Positions 40,248-54,624 of a stretch of 64,000 nt of DNA are shown here, piece after piece. How positions within the stretch are numbered: the first letter of the stretch is position 1; every line of letters begins with the position of its first letter. Made by a program: the position numbers and the translations under genes. The stretch lies in NCBI RefSeq assembly GCF_009914755.1, contig NC_060941.1. One strand, given 5' to 3'. The notes beneath the pieces were generated by a model, which saw nothing but the letters and a program-made list of their open reading frames with translations, ran no database searches and was not told where the DNA came from. The DNA is from the human T2T-CHM13v2.0 reference genome, Homo sapiens.

Positions 40248-40638
40248 GTTGGCAGATAGCAAACATCAGTATTATTCACCAATATCTTCTTCTCCTCTCT
40301 TTTCGGACATATGAAGAATGACACTTCCTTGTGTCCCCTTGCATTAAGAAGGGCCATGTAACTAGTTATGGCCAAGGAGAAGTAAGCACAAGTTATATGT
40401 ATGATTTGAGGGGTGAGAGATTGTCCATGTTCTTCTCCTCTGCCATGAAAAAAGGGAAAACAATAACATGGGTGGAGGTAGAGGTTTCACAACATTGAAA
40501 TCATCTAGAATGCTGAGCTCCCAATGGAAGAGAGCTGTCCTGCAGAATAGCTTGGACCTGAAGTGAACTTTAAAAATGCAAGAAACAGACTTTTACTGTG
40601 TCACACTACCAAAATGTTGGCAATGCTTGCTACTCCAC
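40248..40638 (+). mobile_element. old MLT1 (I/J-like) LTR
   Basis: ggccatgtaactagttatggccaa...gaagtaagca; acatagcctatcc-type end. Confidence 0.6.
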
Positions 40639-41295
40639 ATAATAGCCTATCCCTAACACAAGTGGCCCACGGAAAGAGAAGGTTTGTGTTTTCTAAGATT
40701 GTTCATGTTAAGACTGTGCCTCCCCTTTAGTAGGCTGGCTAAAAAGAAATAAAACACACTGGTACAGGGTTAACAATAAATGTTAGATTTTAGACATGCC
40801 ATTTGTAATGCTTAAGAACAATTAACAAACAAGAAAACATCATAAAGAAGAAGCCTTGCAGAGAGACTTTCAGAACAATGCATAAATATCCATGCCATTC
40901 AGGAGAAACCACATCTCCTCTGTCTCCTTCTCTGCTAGCTCACCAGTGTGGTTGGAGTACAGGGTTCATAGGCTGTTCCTCCTCAGGGCCTCTCTCTCAG
41001 AAATCATCTGGTAGCACAAAACCAGGAAGAAATATCTAGGCCAGGTGAGTGTCACCTCTTTTTAAATATAGCCCTTGGTTTATTCATCTCTTTGAGAGTA
41101 CTTCAAAGTCACATCAATGAGATTATGAGATATTCATCTTGAAAGGATACAGAAATTTCCTTGGCCTCAGGTAGACTGATTTCTGGTTGTCATTCTACAA
41201 AGAGGTAGGGAGAAGACAAGAACAAAATCAGGCTGCACGTCTGTCTCATTTTTAGAAAGGAAGAAAGTGAACTGAATGCTAAAAATGCAAACAGT

Positions 41296-41604
<309 letters not shown>

Positions 41605-41913
41605 AAAAATGCAAACGGTATCTGATATACTAGATGTCAGTTAAGGGAATCTGGAACAGAAATTTGAGGGCGACTCGTTTCATCCAGCAGATAATCTCAA
41701 GGCTTAAGTGAAGCCCTTTATGTCTAAAGAAATTGCTACTGAACCATGTTAATTCATCTGGAAAATCCAAGAGAGAAAGTTTACTGAATTATCTTAGAAT
41801 TTAAGCTGTGGAGTCAGATGATCTGGGTTCAAAGACTAGCTCATATATGGACTACATGTGTAATCTCAGGAAACTTAATTCGTCAGTTGATACTTCTGTT
41901 TTATCATTTATGA

Positions 41914-42249
<336 letters not shown>

Positions 42250-42539
42250 CTTACGAGGGTTTTTGTGAGGATAAAATGAGTTTATGTGTCAAGTGTTTAC
42301 AACAGTTCCTGGCACACAGAATGTCCTACATGAGAGTTTGCTATTATAAGGAGTTAATCAAACACCTGAAGGCTTTGGTGGTGAGGACTGGCTTCGAAGT
42401 CATATCTGAGTTTGAGTCCTGCAGCTGTGTGACTTTAGCTGGCCAAACTCTCTGAGTTTTCATTCTTCCCCTATCACGTGCACAATATTTTTGGGAGGGA
42501 TTGAGCAAAGAAAGGATTCAAATAGTTTAGCACAGCAGG

Positions 42540-43086
42540 TGATAATGAGTGAGTTCTCATGAGATCTGATGGTTTAAAAGGGTGTGGCAGGCTGGGTGCG
42601 GTGGCTCACGCCTGTAATCCCAGCACTTTGGGAGGCCGAGGCGGGCAGATCGCGAGGTCAGGAATTCAAGACCAGCCTGGCCAACATGGTGAAACCCCGT
42701 CTCTACTAAAAATAAAAACTAAAAAAATTAGCTGGGCCTGGTGGCACGTGCCTGTAATCCCAGCTACTCAGAAGGCTAAGGGAGGAGAACTGCTTGAATC
42801 AGGACCCGGGAGGCAGAGGTTGCAGGGAGCCAAGATCGTGCCACTGTACTCCAGCCTGGGCTACAGAGTGAGACTCTCTCTAAAAAAAAAAAAAAAGAAG
42901 AAGTGTGTGGCAGTTCCCCCCACCCCCAGCTTCTCTCCTGCCACCATGTAAGTTGTGCCTTGCTTCCCTTTCACCTTCCGCCATGATTGTAAATTTCCTG
43001 AGGCCTCCCAAGCCATGCAGAACTATGACTCAATTAGACCTCCTTTCTTTATAAATTACCCAGTCTCGGATAGTTCTTTATAGCAG
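42540..43086 (+). mobile_element. 5' truncated MSTA LTR containing an AluS (42589-42900)
   Basis: gagttctcatgagatctgatggttt...ggactaataca; Alu TSD aaag(g/t)gtgtggca. Confidence 0.88.
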
Positions 43087-43913
43087 TGCAAAAATGGACT
43101 AATACAGTATACTAGTTCAAAAATAGAGTAAAAATTTCTTCCCATGAGCTCTATCAAAAATCTCAGAATTCACTCTCATTAGACTAACATGATGACATGC
43201 TCACCTTTGAACTAATCAGTGTGACCTACAGAAATGTACATGTTAATTAGTCTGAGCTAGACAGAGTGGTGTTTTTCTGCTCCAATCCCAACACTGAGTC
43301 TGGGAATTCAAAAGTAGTTTTCCAAGAGAAAATGGAAGTACTATGTTGCTATTTGAAGCAGAGAGAATGGAAACTGAGCAGGCAAATAGACCATCTTTCT
43401 ACTAAAAAAAAGGTATGAATGGAGGAAAGAGAAAAATAAAAGGAGATACCTGGCAAAAGACTCAGAAAAGCTGGGGCATTAGAAGTTGCAAACAGATTTT
43501 CACATCCTAAAATCCATGGTAGGATTTTAACTTGGAGTTATGTGTTCAGTGGTAGGTAATGGATTTTCTACTGTTGTATTCAGACAGGTTCCCTTGCCTG
43601 GTTCCTACCGAAGAGCAGCCAACAGGAGTTAGCTGGGGAGTTTTTTGGTCACAGGGAACAGCAGTGTCTACTGTATTTTATGGGAATTAAACCTGTAATC
43701 TAATTGTGAATAATCAGAGACTGAAACTTGGGATAGCTGTTTGCTACAGAACCAAAATAAAAGCAAATTTATCAGGATGTGTTAGCCTACAAGTAAAAGA
43801 AAATCCACATTCAAATGGCTGAAATAAAAAGGAAATTTATTTAGCTAGGAATGCAAAGACAGGGCAGGTTCCGAAAAATATGTAAAAACTGATTTGTTAA
43901 AACTTTATTTTCT

Positions 43914-44205
43914 GGCCAGCTGTGGTGGCTCATGCCTGTAATCTCAGCACTTTGGGAGGCTGAGGCAAGAGGATTGCTTGAGGCCAGGAGTTCAAAACCA
44001 GCCTGGCCAACATAGTGAGACGTCATGTATACAAAAATAGAACAACTTAGCAAGGCCTGGTGGTATGCACCTATAGTCCCAACTACTTGGGAGGCTGAGG
44101 GGAGAAGACTGCTTGAGCCCAGGAGTTTAAGACTGCAGTGAGTTATGATCGTGCCACTACACTCCAGCCTGGGCAACAGAGCAAGACCCCCATTCAAAAA
44201 ACCCC
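43914..44205 (+). mobile_element. AluJ
   Basis: dimer with AluJ diagnostics. Confidence 0.92.
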
Positions 44206-44387
44206 ACAAATCTTTATTTGTGTTTCCACCCTCAATATCTCCTATAGCTTAAGACTGATGGTCACCAGATGGCTGCAAGTAGCTTCATGCTCCCTTGCTC
44301 AGGCCTAGCATAAGAAAGAAAAATCTCTTTCCAAAGCACGAAACATAAGTTTTCCTTTTTTGGTCTGCAAGAATTAAGGAAGGTCAT

Positions 44388-44478
44388 GCAATATTAGGGA
44401 CATACTTTCACTACAAATAACATTGGTTATCGGAAATTCAAATATAACTGGGCATCCTGTATTTTATCTGCCAACTCC
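44388..44478. mobile_element. MER53 half copy
   Basis: gggacatact...aaattcaaatataactgggcatcctgtattttatctgccaac. Confidence 0.7.
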
Positions 44479-45395
44479 AGACCTGATTGATTTAGATTTA
44501 CCCAAAATGCCCTCTAGAGGGAGGTAGGGAAGACACAGGGACAAAATCAGGCTTTCAATGTCTGTCTCATTTTTAGAAAGGAAGACAGTAAACCGAATGC
44601 TAAAAATGCATACAGTGTCTGCCACACTATATGTCAGTTAAGGGAATTTGGAACAGAAACTTGAGGATTAGTGGTTTTATCCAACAGATCATCTCAAGGC
44701 TTATACCCTGGATTTGTAAAGTATTATAACTCAGTATAATTGTACAAGTATGTATTTAATACTTTTTAATCAGTGAGACACTCTTGAAGATTCCAGGGGA
44801 CCACTGAGCCTCTGCCTCCAACGTGCTTCCAGTATAATAGAGGGAATTAAATAAGCACAGGAGGTGAGGAGCACCCTGAAAAAGATACAGAGAGCCATGA
44901 GGCTCCAGAACTAGGCTTCCCTAGCAGAGCCAACCTCGAAAACATGCCTCAAAGGATATTGAATAAGAAGGGACATAATAGAGAACTGGGACATAAAGAC
45001 CAGAAAAATATTTTAGGGCTAATTTTTACAGAGAAATTTCAATTCAAATTGGAAATGTCTACAAATTATCCAATAGTGAATGTGGCAAGGAAGATTTTCG
45101 AGTGGTGGTGTGGTATGATTGAAGCTGCATTTTGAGAAAAATCAATCTGATAGCAATGTGTAGGATGAATTGGGGTGAGGACAAGACCATCAGTGAAATG
45201 GTCTAGAACAATACTATCAGATCTAAAACCCTCTTTTGGTACCTAGATTTTGTAAAGGCTAGTTTACTCTCTTGAAATGAAATTCAGAGAATATAACCAT
45301 CCTGTAAGCATAATTCTAGGAAATTTAGTAAAAAACTCTAACTGTAATAGAAATAAAAAATAATTCCTTTAATAATAAAACTTACATTCTACTAT

Positions 45396-46130
45396 GAGGG
45401 TCAAACTACAGACCCAATACATCTTTCCACCTATTTTTATATTGTCTATGATAAAAATGCACAATATAAAAATTGGCAATATATAATGAGAAAATGACTG
45501 TGTCCAAAATGGAATGCAAAACCATGTCTTCAATCTACCATGTCCTGAAGGTCTTGAGAACACTTACACCCTAGCAGAGTGAGACAAGCTCCCATTCTAA
45601 ACAAATCTAAACAGACCCAACACAACTTTCCACCTATTTTTATATTGTTCATTGTTTCATTTTTAAACACTTTATTAGCCTGCTCTCATGCTGCTAATAA
45701 AGACGTACCCAACACTGAGTAATTTATAAAGGAAAGAGGTTTAATGGACTCACAGTTCCACATGGCTGGGGAGGCATCACAATCATGGTGGAAGATGAAG
45801 AGTGAAGCAAAGGCACATCTTACATGGTGGCAGGCAAGAAAGCATGTGTAAGCAAACTGCCCTTTATAAAACCATCAGATCTCGTGAGACTTATTCAGTA
45901 TCACAAGAACAGCATGGGAAAGACCCGCCCCCATGATTCAATTACCTCCCACCAGGTCCCTCTCACAACACATGGGGATCATGGGAGCTGCAATTCAAGA
46001 TGAGATTTGGGTGGGGACACAGCCAAACCATATCAAATGCTTATATTTTAAATAATCACATAAGTTACTGGCTTGCAAAGCATAAAGTATTTACTATCTG
46101 GCCCTTTACAGAAAACTATTGCTAAGCTCT
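45396..46130. mobile_element. MER58 remnant interrupted by a templated insertion and a THE1 LTR
   Basis: gagggtcaaactacagacc start; tatttactatctggccctttacagaaaa end. Confidence 0.65.
45671..46035 (-). mobile_element. THE1 solo LTR
   Basis: tattagcc...ggggacacagccaaaccatatca; flanks aacac/aatgc fit an ancestral aacgc TSD with CpG decay. Confidence 0.92.
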
Positions 46131-46518
46131 GCCAGGAATAACTACAGAATGTGCGTGACCGCAAAGTAAAATTGAGGGCTCCTTGTTCAAAAATTATTAA
46201 GAACAATACAGCAGTCAACCAAGAGCAGAATTCACATCCATGAAGCCAGCCCTCTCTGTTCTAGTATAGAAATACTCAGACACAACTCCACTACCAACAA
46301 AATGAACTAGTCCGATAAGTGTACCTGTGAATGCACCAGTTACAACTACAGACAAAAACAAATAGGACCATGCATAATGCACAACCCTGGGTAGTAGCCC
46401 CAATACAAATGTGATTTATTGGCAGCTCAAGTACGAGGGTGGTGTTTCCATTCCTGATGATTTTTTTTCATTGCTAACAACTCTTGGGGAATTTTCAAAT
46501 AATATAAAGTATAATCTT

Positions 46519-46930
<412 letters not shown>

Positions 46931-47535
46931 CTTTCCTCAATTTACATGAAAGTTGCATTTCTGGAATACTCATGGAATATTAAAACATAAAGAACTGCAC
47001 TACGTGTGAAGCAGAATAAGCTTGTAAGCTCAGATAATTATTAGCAACTTTTATATGACTATTCAATGACATCTTTGAAGGGTTGTGTGGGGGCTCAGAA
47101 CAATTGTTTGCTGTGAAGCTCTGGCCAATCCATTGCAAAACGGATAGCGCCACTGACCCCAATGTGCCAGACATCAGTAGTATCTCCAGTGCCTCTCCTA
47201 TTGTGACACCCACAAAGCCCACAGTCATTTTCAAACCACGCTGTCAGGGGTGGTACTACCCAAGTTGACAATTATCAGTCTAGACAATCTAATAACAATT
47301 CGATGTTGGGTGGTAATGGTGAGATATTGTATAAATGAAGTTTGGGGCTCTTGGCTATTGGGTTGCAATGGTACAAGCATGAAAAAAAGTTAAAGATGAA
47401 AAACATAACATCTTGCCCTGGGACAGCCATTTTTAAAATATATCTAGTCAAAATTGCACAGGTTATCTCACTTTCTCTTTGCAACATTCTTTTGAGATAG
47501 GTAGGACAAACGCTAAAAATATCAGTACTTTAGAT

Positions 47536-47818
47536 CAGGAGTCCCCATCTCCCAATGTACCAGTCAGTGGCAAGCATTACTGCCTAAGCTCTGCCTCCTG
47601 TCAGATCAGTGGCACTATTAGATTCTCAGAGGAGCACAAATCCTACTGTGAACTGCATATGCAAGGGATATAGGTTGCATGCTCCTATGAGAATCTGATG
47701 CCTGATGATTTGAGGTGGAACAGTTTCATCCTGAAACCACCCCCAACTTCCCACTGTCCATGGAAAAATTGTCTTCCACAAAACTGGTCCCTGGTGCCAA
47801 AAAGGTTGGGAACTGCTG
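47536..47818. mobile_element. MER1B (hAT-Charlie)
   Basis: ctcctgtcagatcag...ccctggtgccaaaaaggttggg; 8-bp TSD ctttagat/ccttagat. Confidence 0.92.
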
Positions 47819-48698
47819 CCTTAGATCAATGTAGAGTTAACTTTTTTCAAATTTTTTTTGTTTTATATTTCATAATGCAAATAGGTGTTATTCAATCTAT
47901 TAACATATTTTAATTAAAAATGTATATTCATTTCAAAGTTAATTGTTGACATTCATTCTATGTAAGACATGTAGTTTGGGAATATAGAAAAGAAGAGTCT
48001 GAAACCTACAAAGCAAGAGGCAATTTGACCAAATTCCCACGACATGTAGATAGGACTAGAATTCAGTTCTCATGATTTAGTTCTGTGTTCATTCAATTTT
48101 CTTCGCTTTGTGGGGTAAAATGATTGGCCCAGCACCTGTTTTGAATAGACAAGCATTTCAACTTGCAACTTATAGATAAGCAAAGAGAATACAGCATCAT
48201 CAAGAATGATGGTCCCCAGTTCCCTTCCAAGTCTTAAAAAAAGAAGTCACTTGGCACCCTTCTCTAATCGAAAGAGAGAGAGTAGTTCACAGACAGTTGG
48301 TAAGAACTGCCAAGTGACTCCCCATGAAGAGAGTATTCGTATCTGTACTTAAGTAGAGCCCGTGGAAAACACAGAGAAATGAGATGTTGGAGTGTTTTTT
48401 AAAATTATTATTGTTGAACTGGGCCCAGAACTCCACTACAGATCATGTATGTCTGGAATTGGCAAGACCCAAAACTAATGGTGCTGTCATTTTATATATA
48501 TATATATATGAAATTTCTTAAGTCTTGTACCAGGAAGGAGGCTCATATAGGGTAACCACTTTAGCCCATCCATAAATAATCCATGTTAATATCCTAAGAG
48601 AGGTTCAGGGACTGGAGTAATGTGCTGACATCTGCCTGCTTCTGGCAGAATGGCTTGTATGGTCTAAACAGATGGCCTTTAATTGGTAGTGGGTTGTC

Positions 48699-48829
48699 CC
48701 AGCAGAGGGCAGCTTGAGCAGAAATGGTTATTTGGATTACCCACCTCATGCCTGGCTCCTGGAACTCCTGGCATATTGTCAGAAGTGCCATGTAGTTACT
48801 GCCAATAGGTCTGATGTCACCAGATGGCA
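48699..48829 (+). promoter_or_regulatory. two co-oriented CTCF core motifs
   Basis: CCAGCAGAGGGCA 48699-48711 (13/13 to CCASYAGRKGGCR) and TCACCAGATGGCA 48817-48829 (12/13). Confidence 0.5.
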
Positions 48830-50212
48830 GCCTCTTGGTCTACCATCATCACTGGAGGGAGGGTTCTTTGTAGATCTTAGCAAAGATGCCATGGTGTAAA
48901 TGGGCTTGGGAAATTTGGGAGGTGGATGAGTGACAAGAGAATCCATGAAATAAACTTGCCTTCAAGGTAGTTTCCTAATGAAATCTTTGGGTTTTGGAAT
49001 CCCGATTGCTACTTATTCTTTTTGAATGTGACACATTCTAAACGCTTCCAGCAGTAGGAAGAGATATGAACTAGGGGGTGAAGATTTAGACTTCTTTCCT
49101 ATAACATATGAGTTAAATGGAAGAGGAAAATGCCCACAGGTCATTGTAAAAAGCCAAGCTGCTGAAGGATCACAAGTTCTATTGTGCAGACATAAAACAA
49201 TCAGGTTTCTGTTTCAGATATAATGAGAAAATGACTTACTGTGTCCAAAATGGAATCAAACAGCCAGCAAAACCATGTCTTCAATCCACCAGGTCCCAAA
49301 AGTCTTGAGAACACTTATGCCCTGAGCGAAGTGAAGCAAGCTCCTTTTCTAAACGAATCTAAACTAAACTGTAAAATATTCCTATAGTACCTGACCCTTA
49401 GCTGAGTCCTTTGGAAAGTAGAAACATTATGTACATTCAAAATTAGGTTAGTTGTGGGTGAGGACCAGAGCTGAACTCTGCTATCCACAGCAAAAGCATG
49501 GGATGATTTGTGGACATGTGAGCATTTAGCCAATTTCCTGTTGGGTTTTTCCAATGATGGCCTTGGAGTTTACTTTTTAGCATTTGATGGTAGTGAGAAT
49601 CATACTCAGCCAAGTCAGCCATCCTCAAGCAGAATAGAAACAAATGAGCAACATGATAATAATCTTATGTGTCTTCAGAGCTTCAAGCAGATACCTTCAT
49701 TCACTCATCTAGTCCTGCAGTATCTTACTTAACAACTTTCACAGGCCAAGGTTTACTCTTGTTGCATTTTCCCAGACTTAAGAATTGGCATAATATACTC
49801 CTTTATACAGAAATCCTAGAAGGTCAAGAGGGATATTTATACATGCAATTTACAGGACACTATATTGCCTTGGTGAGAAAAATCTCTTCTCTTCAGCATG
49901 AAGCGTTCTGTACAAAGACCTAATTATAGACGAGAGGCTGCCTTCTGTTTCAGATAAGGTGACCTTGAGGGAGGCTGAGGGTGCAAGGTCAGAGCTGCTA
50001 ATGACTGGGAGCTTTATAAAAGCCATGAGGCCCTTGGGAAGTATACAGATAAGAAGAATCTGGTCCATAGAAAAAGAAAAACCTTAAAGTTTTCCATACA
50101 CATTGGTGGAATATCTTCAAACAAATATACTATGACATGGGCTGAAAATACCCAGGATGGGAAAGATTGCAATGATTCAGACGCGAATTTCATGGATTTA
50201 AGTTGAAAGTTA

Positions 50213-50440
<228 letters not shown>

Positions 50441-50454
50441 TTACGTAGATGTAT

Positions 50455-50870
50455 TATCTGTTCATTCATTTAATTGATATTTAGAGCATGCTAACTGTAT
50501 TTTGGGCACCGTTTTAGGTGTTAGAAATCCTGCAATGAACAACAAAAGACAAAACCTCTACTTTCATAATCTTACATTCTAGTAGCGGAGCTAGATAATA
50601 AACATATTAATAAGTAAGTACCAGGAGAGTGGGTAGAAGGTGACTGTGATGGTGGGGATGCCATTTTAAATTGTTTGGAAAGCAAAGTCTCTCTCCAATA
50701 AATTAAATTTGAGCAAATATCAGAATATTGCGATAGAGCAAGCCATGAGGATACATAAGAGTAGAATATTCCATGCAGAGGAAACAACAGATGTAAAGGT
50801 CCAGATGCTTGATGTGGATGAAGAAATTTCAGGAGGTCAGTGGAGCCCCCTCCAGACTGAAGGTGGGGAC
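50455..50870 (-). mobile_element. L2 3' fragment
   Basis: ttcattcatttaattgatatttagagcatgcta... antisense L2 end. Confidence 0.7.
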
Positions 50871-50969
50871 CAGAACACACAGGGTCCCACATACATGTTT
50901 CCCTTTGTGAGATTCAAGTAAAAGATTTTATGTTCTCATGTGTATATCTTGTAAAGCTCTGAAGCTACA

Positions 50970-51165
50970 AAAACAGCTAACATTTCTTGTGGGCTTGTGA
51001 CGTGCCAGGTTCTGTGCTGAGAGCTTGCCTGCAGTCACATCATCTGGTCCTCACTACAACCTTAAGAAGTAGGTACGATGATTATCCCCTTTTACAAGTC
51101 AGGAAACTTAGGCTTAAAGGTTAAGCAACTTGCCAAAGTTGCCCTGCTAGTAAGTACTGGAGATT
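50970..51165 (-). mobile_element. MIR
   Basis: gtgccaggttctgtgct...ttatccccttttaca...ggttaagcaacttgcc. Confidence 0.8.
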
Positions 51166-52448
51166 CCAAAGTAAATAAGAATAAACCACAAAGGGGTTAA
51201 ATGGTTCTCCCTGTTACTTGAAACCCCCTCCTCTGTGACAAAATTCCAGTAGACTTGAGCTTGGCTGTGCTCTTAAACAAAGAAGCCAGGTAGGGGGAAA
51301 TCAAGAGATAAACCGTTTGCAAGAGCCACTCTCTCTCTCTCTCCAGACATTCACCAGGCTTCTAGACCCCTCATTCTGCAGAAGTTTCAGCTCTTTGTGG
51401 GTCGCTGGGTTTATGTTTCCACTGACTCTGGGAACCATGTTGAGTGCTGAGAAGCCCACAGTATTCTTCTCCCCATGTGGTTAGAGGTGGCAGAGAGGCT
51501 GGGCAGCAATGCCAGGGACCACACCTCTTTGTCAGGAACATGTAATTAAAAAGGAAAGAAAAAGGGGAGGGGGGAGAGCAAAGAAATCGCCACCCAGCCC
51601 CATTTTTCTTAAACACATGCTCCTGCGTGCGCGTGCACACACACACACCAAGCCAACAAACGTCCGTCACTGGGGTCCTTGGGATTCTGATGAAAACATT
51701 TTCCACCTGGCACAGCTAGGCATTAAACACTCCTGTAGCCCAACCTGAGACTTGGACCGTCAGTGGAGATATTTTTAAAACCATGACACAGAGGCGTGTG
51801 ACACACTCGGTTTTCTCAGTGGGTGGGTAGAGTGTTGTTTCATGTTGTTCTTGTCACTCGGCCCAACATTACAAGTGTGCACTTTATTACTACACAGAGA
51901 GTGCTGTGCAGCCGGACCCGCCACAGGGTGTTCCCAGCCAGGGGAAGGCAACCTGGACAGGCACAAAAAAAAGACGGAGGGGAAAGCTGAAGGGGACAGA
52001 GGCTACACTTTTGGGTTCTCTCTCAGGCATTCTGCTCATGGCAGCAGGATATAAAGTGTCCCAGTTGCCGTCATTTAATACTCCGTATCCATTGGTTGCT
52101 GTCCTTGGGCAAATGCTAAGATATGGAGATATTTCCTGGCATCCAACCAATTCCTTGACTGTTGAGTATCTTTCTATCACTCTCTTGTCCTTCTCCTTTT
52201 TCTCTTCCCTAATAGGAGTTTGTTCTTAACCTCACACACACACACACACAATTATGGTGGAATGAGGACCAAGTATCAGTGTCACCCTACTTACATGCAA
52301 AGGTGTGAGTCAGAGGCCCTATTGCTTCCTTGGGACAGATAGGACAATGATGTACAGAGGGAGCAGAGGAGAGTGGGTGCATCTGCCCTGAGCACAGGAA
52401 TAAAAAGGTGAATTGCAAGTAGAGAATTTAAAAGTAATTGAGGAAACA

Positions 52449-52808
<360 letters not shown>

Positions 52809-53035
52809 TCAGTGCTGAAAGATTCCTCTCCATCTAAGAGAACCAGTCCCACCATCACTCTACACACTCCTCAGTATGAGCCATTGAGTAGGATGGGAAT
52901 AGAAGATTGGCTTTAAAGACAATATTTTATTTCCACAGAAAATCAAGGCCCTCTGGATGGAATTTGCCTTATTTCCCACTAAGTGAACTGGACACTTATT
53001 TTTCCATCAATAGCAATCTTACTTTATCAAGTCAC

Positions 53036-53292
53036 AATTGAATCATGGGGGCAGTTTCCTGGTCTCACGGTAGTGAATAAGTCACATGAGATCTGATGGT
53101 TTTATAAGGGAAAACCCCTTTCCATTGGTTCTCATTCCCTCCTGTCTGCCACCATGTGAGACACGGCTTTCATCTTCTGCCATGATTGTGAGGCCTCCCC
53201 AGCCATGTGGAACCATGAGTCCATTAGACCTCTTTTTCTTTATAAATTACCTACTCTTGGGTATATCAGGAGTGTGAAAACGAACTAATACA
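53036..53292 (+). mobile_element. THE1/MST LTR 3' half, followed by a MER58 end (to about 53358)
   Basis: aattgaatcatgggggcagtttcc...gaactaataca. Confidence 0.85.
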
Positions 53293-53525
53293 GCCTGCAA
53301 AGGCTGAAATATTTACAATCTAAACCATGATTTTAAAAACTTTGCTCACCCCTACTCTAAAATATATCGCAATAAGCTCCTAGCTGGACACATTGGTTCC
53401 TTTTCTTGGTCTCTTAAAATCCATTCTCCACCAGGCAGCTAGCATTACCTGTAAAACATAACCCATGTCATGAGACTCTCCTGCTCAAAACTGTCCACTA
53501 GTTTCCATAACAATTAGAATAAAAG

Positions 53526-53830
<305 letters not shown>

Positions 53831-53911
53831 TTAGAATAAAACACAAACATCAGGCTTTTGCAGGCCAAGATCTTTCATAAGATCTGGCCTCTGTCTACCT
53901 TTGTAACTCCT

Positions 53912-54300
53912 TGTTATGAACCTAAGTGTGTGTCCCCCCAAAATTCATACATAGAAGCCCTAACACCCAGTGTGACTACATGTGGAGACAGGGTCTTTAG
54001 GAGATAATAAAAGTTAAAAAACCCATAAGAATGGACTCTAATCCAATAGGACTGGGGGCCTTAAAAGAGAAGGAGAGAGAGATCTCTGTCTTTTCTTGCA
54101 CACACCAGAAAAGGCCATGTGAGACACAGCAAGAAGATGGCCATAGGCAAGCCTGGAAAAGAGCCCTCACTAGCAACCAAATTGGCCAGATTCGATTGAT
54201 CTTAGACTTCCCAGACTCCACAACTATGAGGAAACAAACGTCTGTTGTTTAAGCCACCTACTCTATGGTATTTTGTTATGGCAGCCGGAGCTAATGCACA
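53912..54300 (+). mobile_element. MLT1A/B solo LTR
   Basis: tgttatg...gtgtccccccaaaattcata...ggtattttgttatggcagcc. Confidence 0.85.
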
Positions 54301-54624
54301 CCTCAATCGGCTTCGGGCACTCTAGCTTTGCTTTCTTCAGACATGATGTATTTTTGACTGCCTCAAGAACTGCACAGTGTGGTTCTCTCTGCTGGAATGC
54401 CCTTCCCCTAGGTCCTGCTAAAGCATGTGCTTTCCTACAGTTCAGGAAGTTCTTTGCTTTAATGTCACTTTCTCAAAGAGTCTATCCTTGACCATGATTA
54501 ACAAATAATACTTCCATTTTTCACTCCCTTCTGATATTCTATCCCCACACCCTGCTTCATAGCGTTGATCACTTCCTTCCCTTAACATGCATTGTAGACA
54601 TACTTAATAGACTTGTCTGTACAA

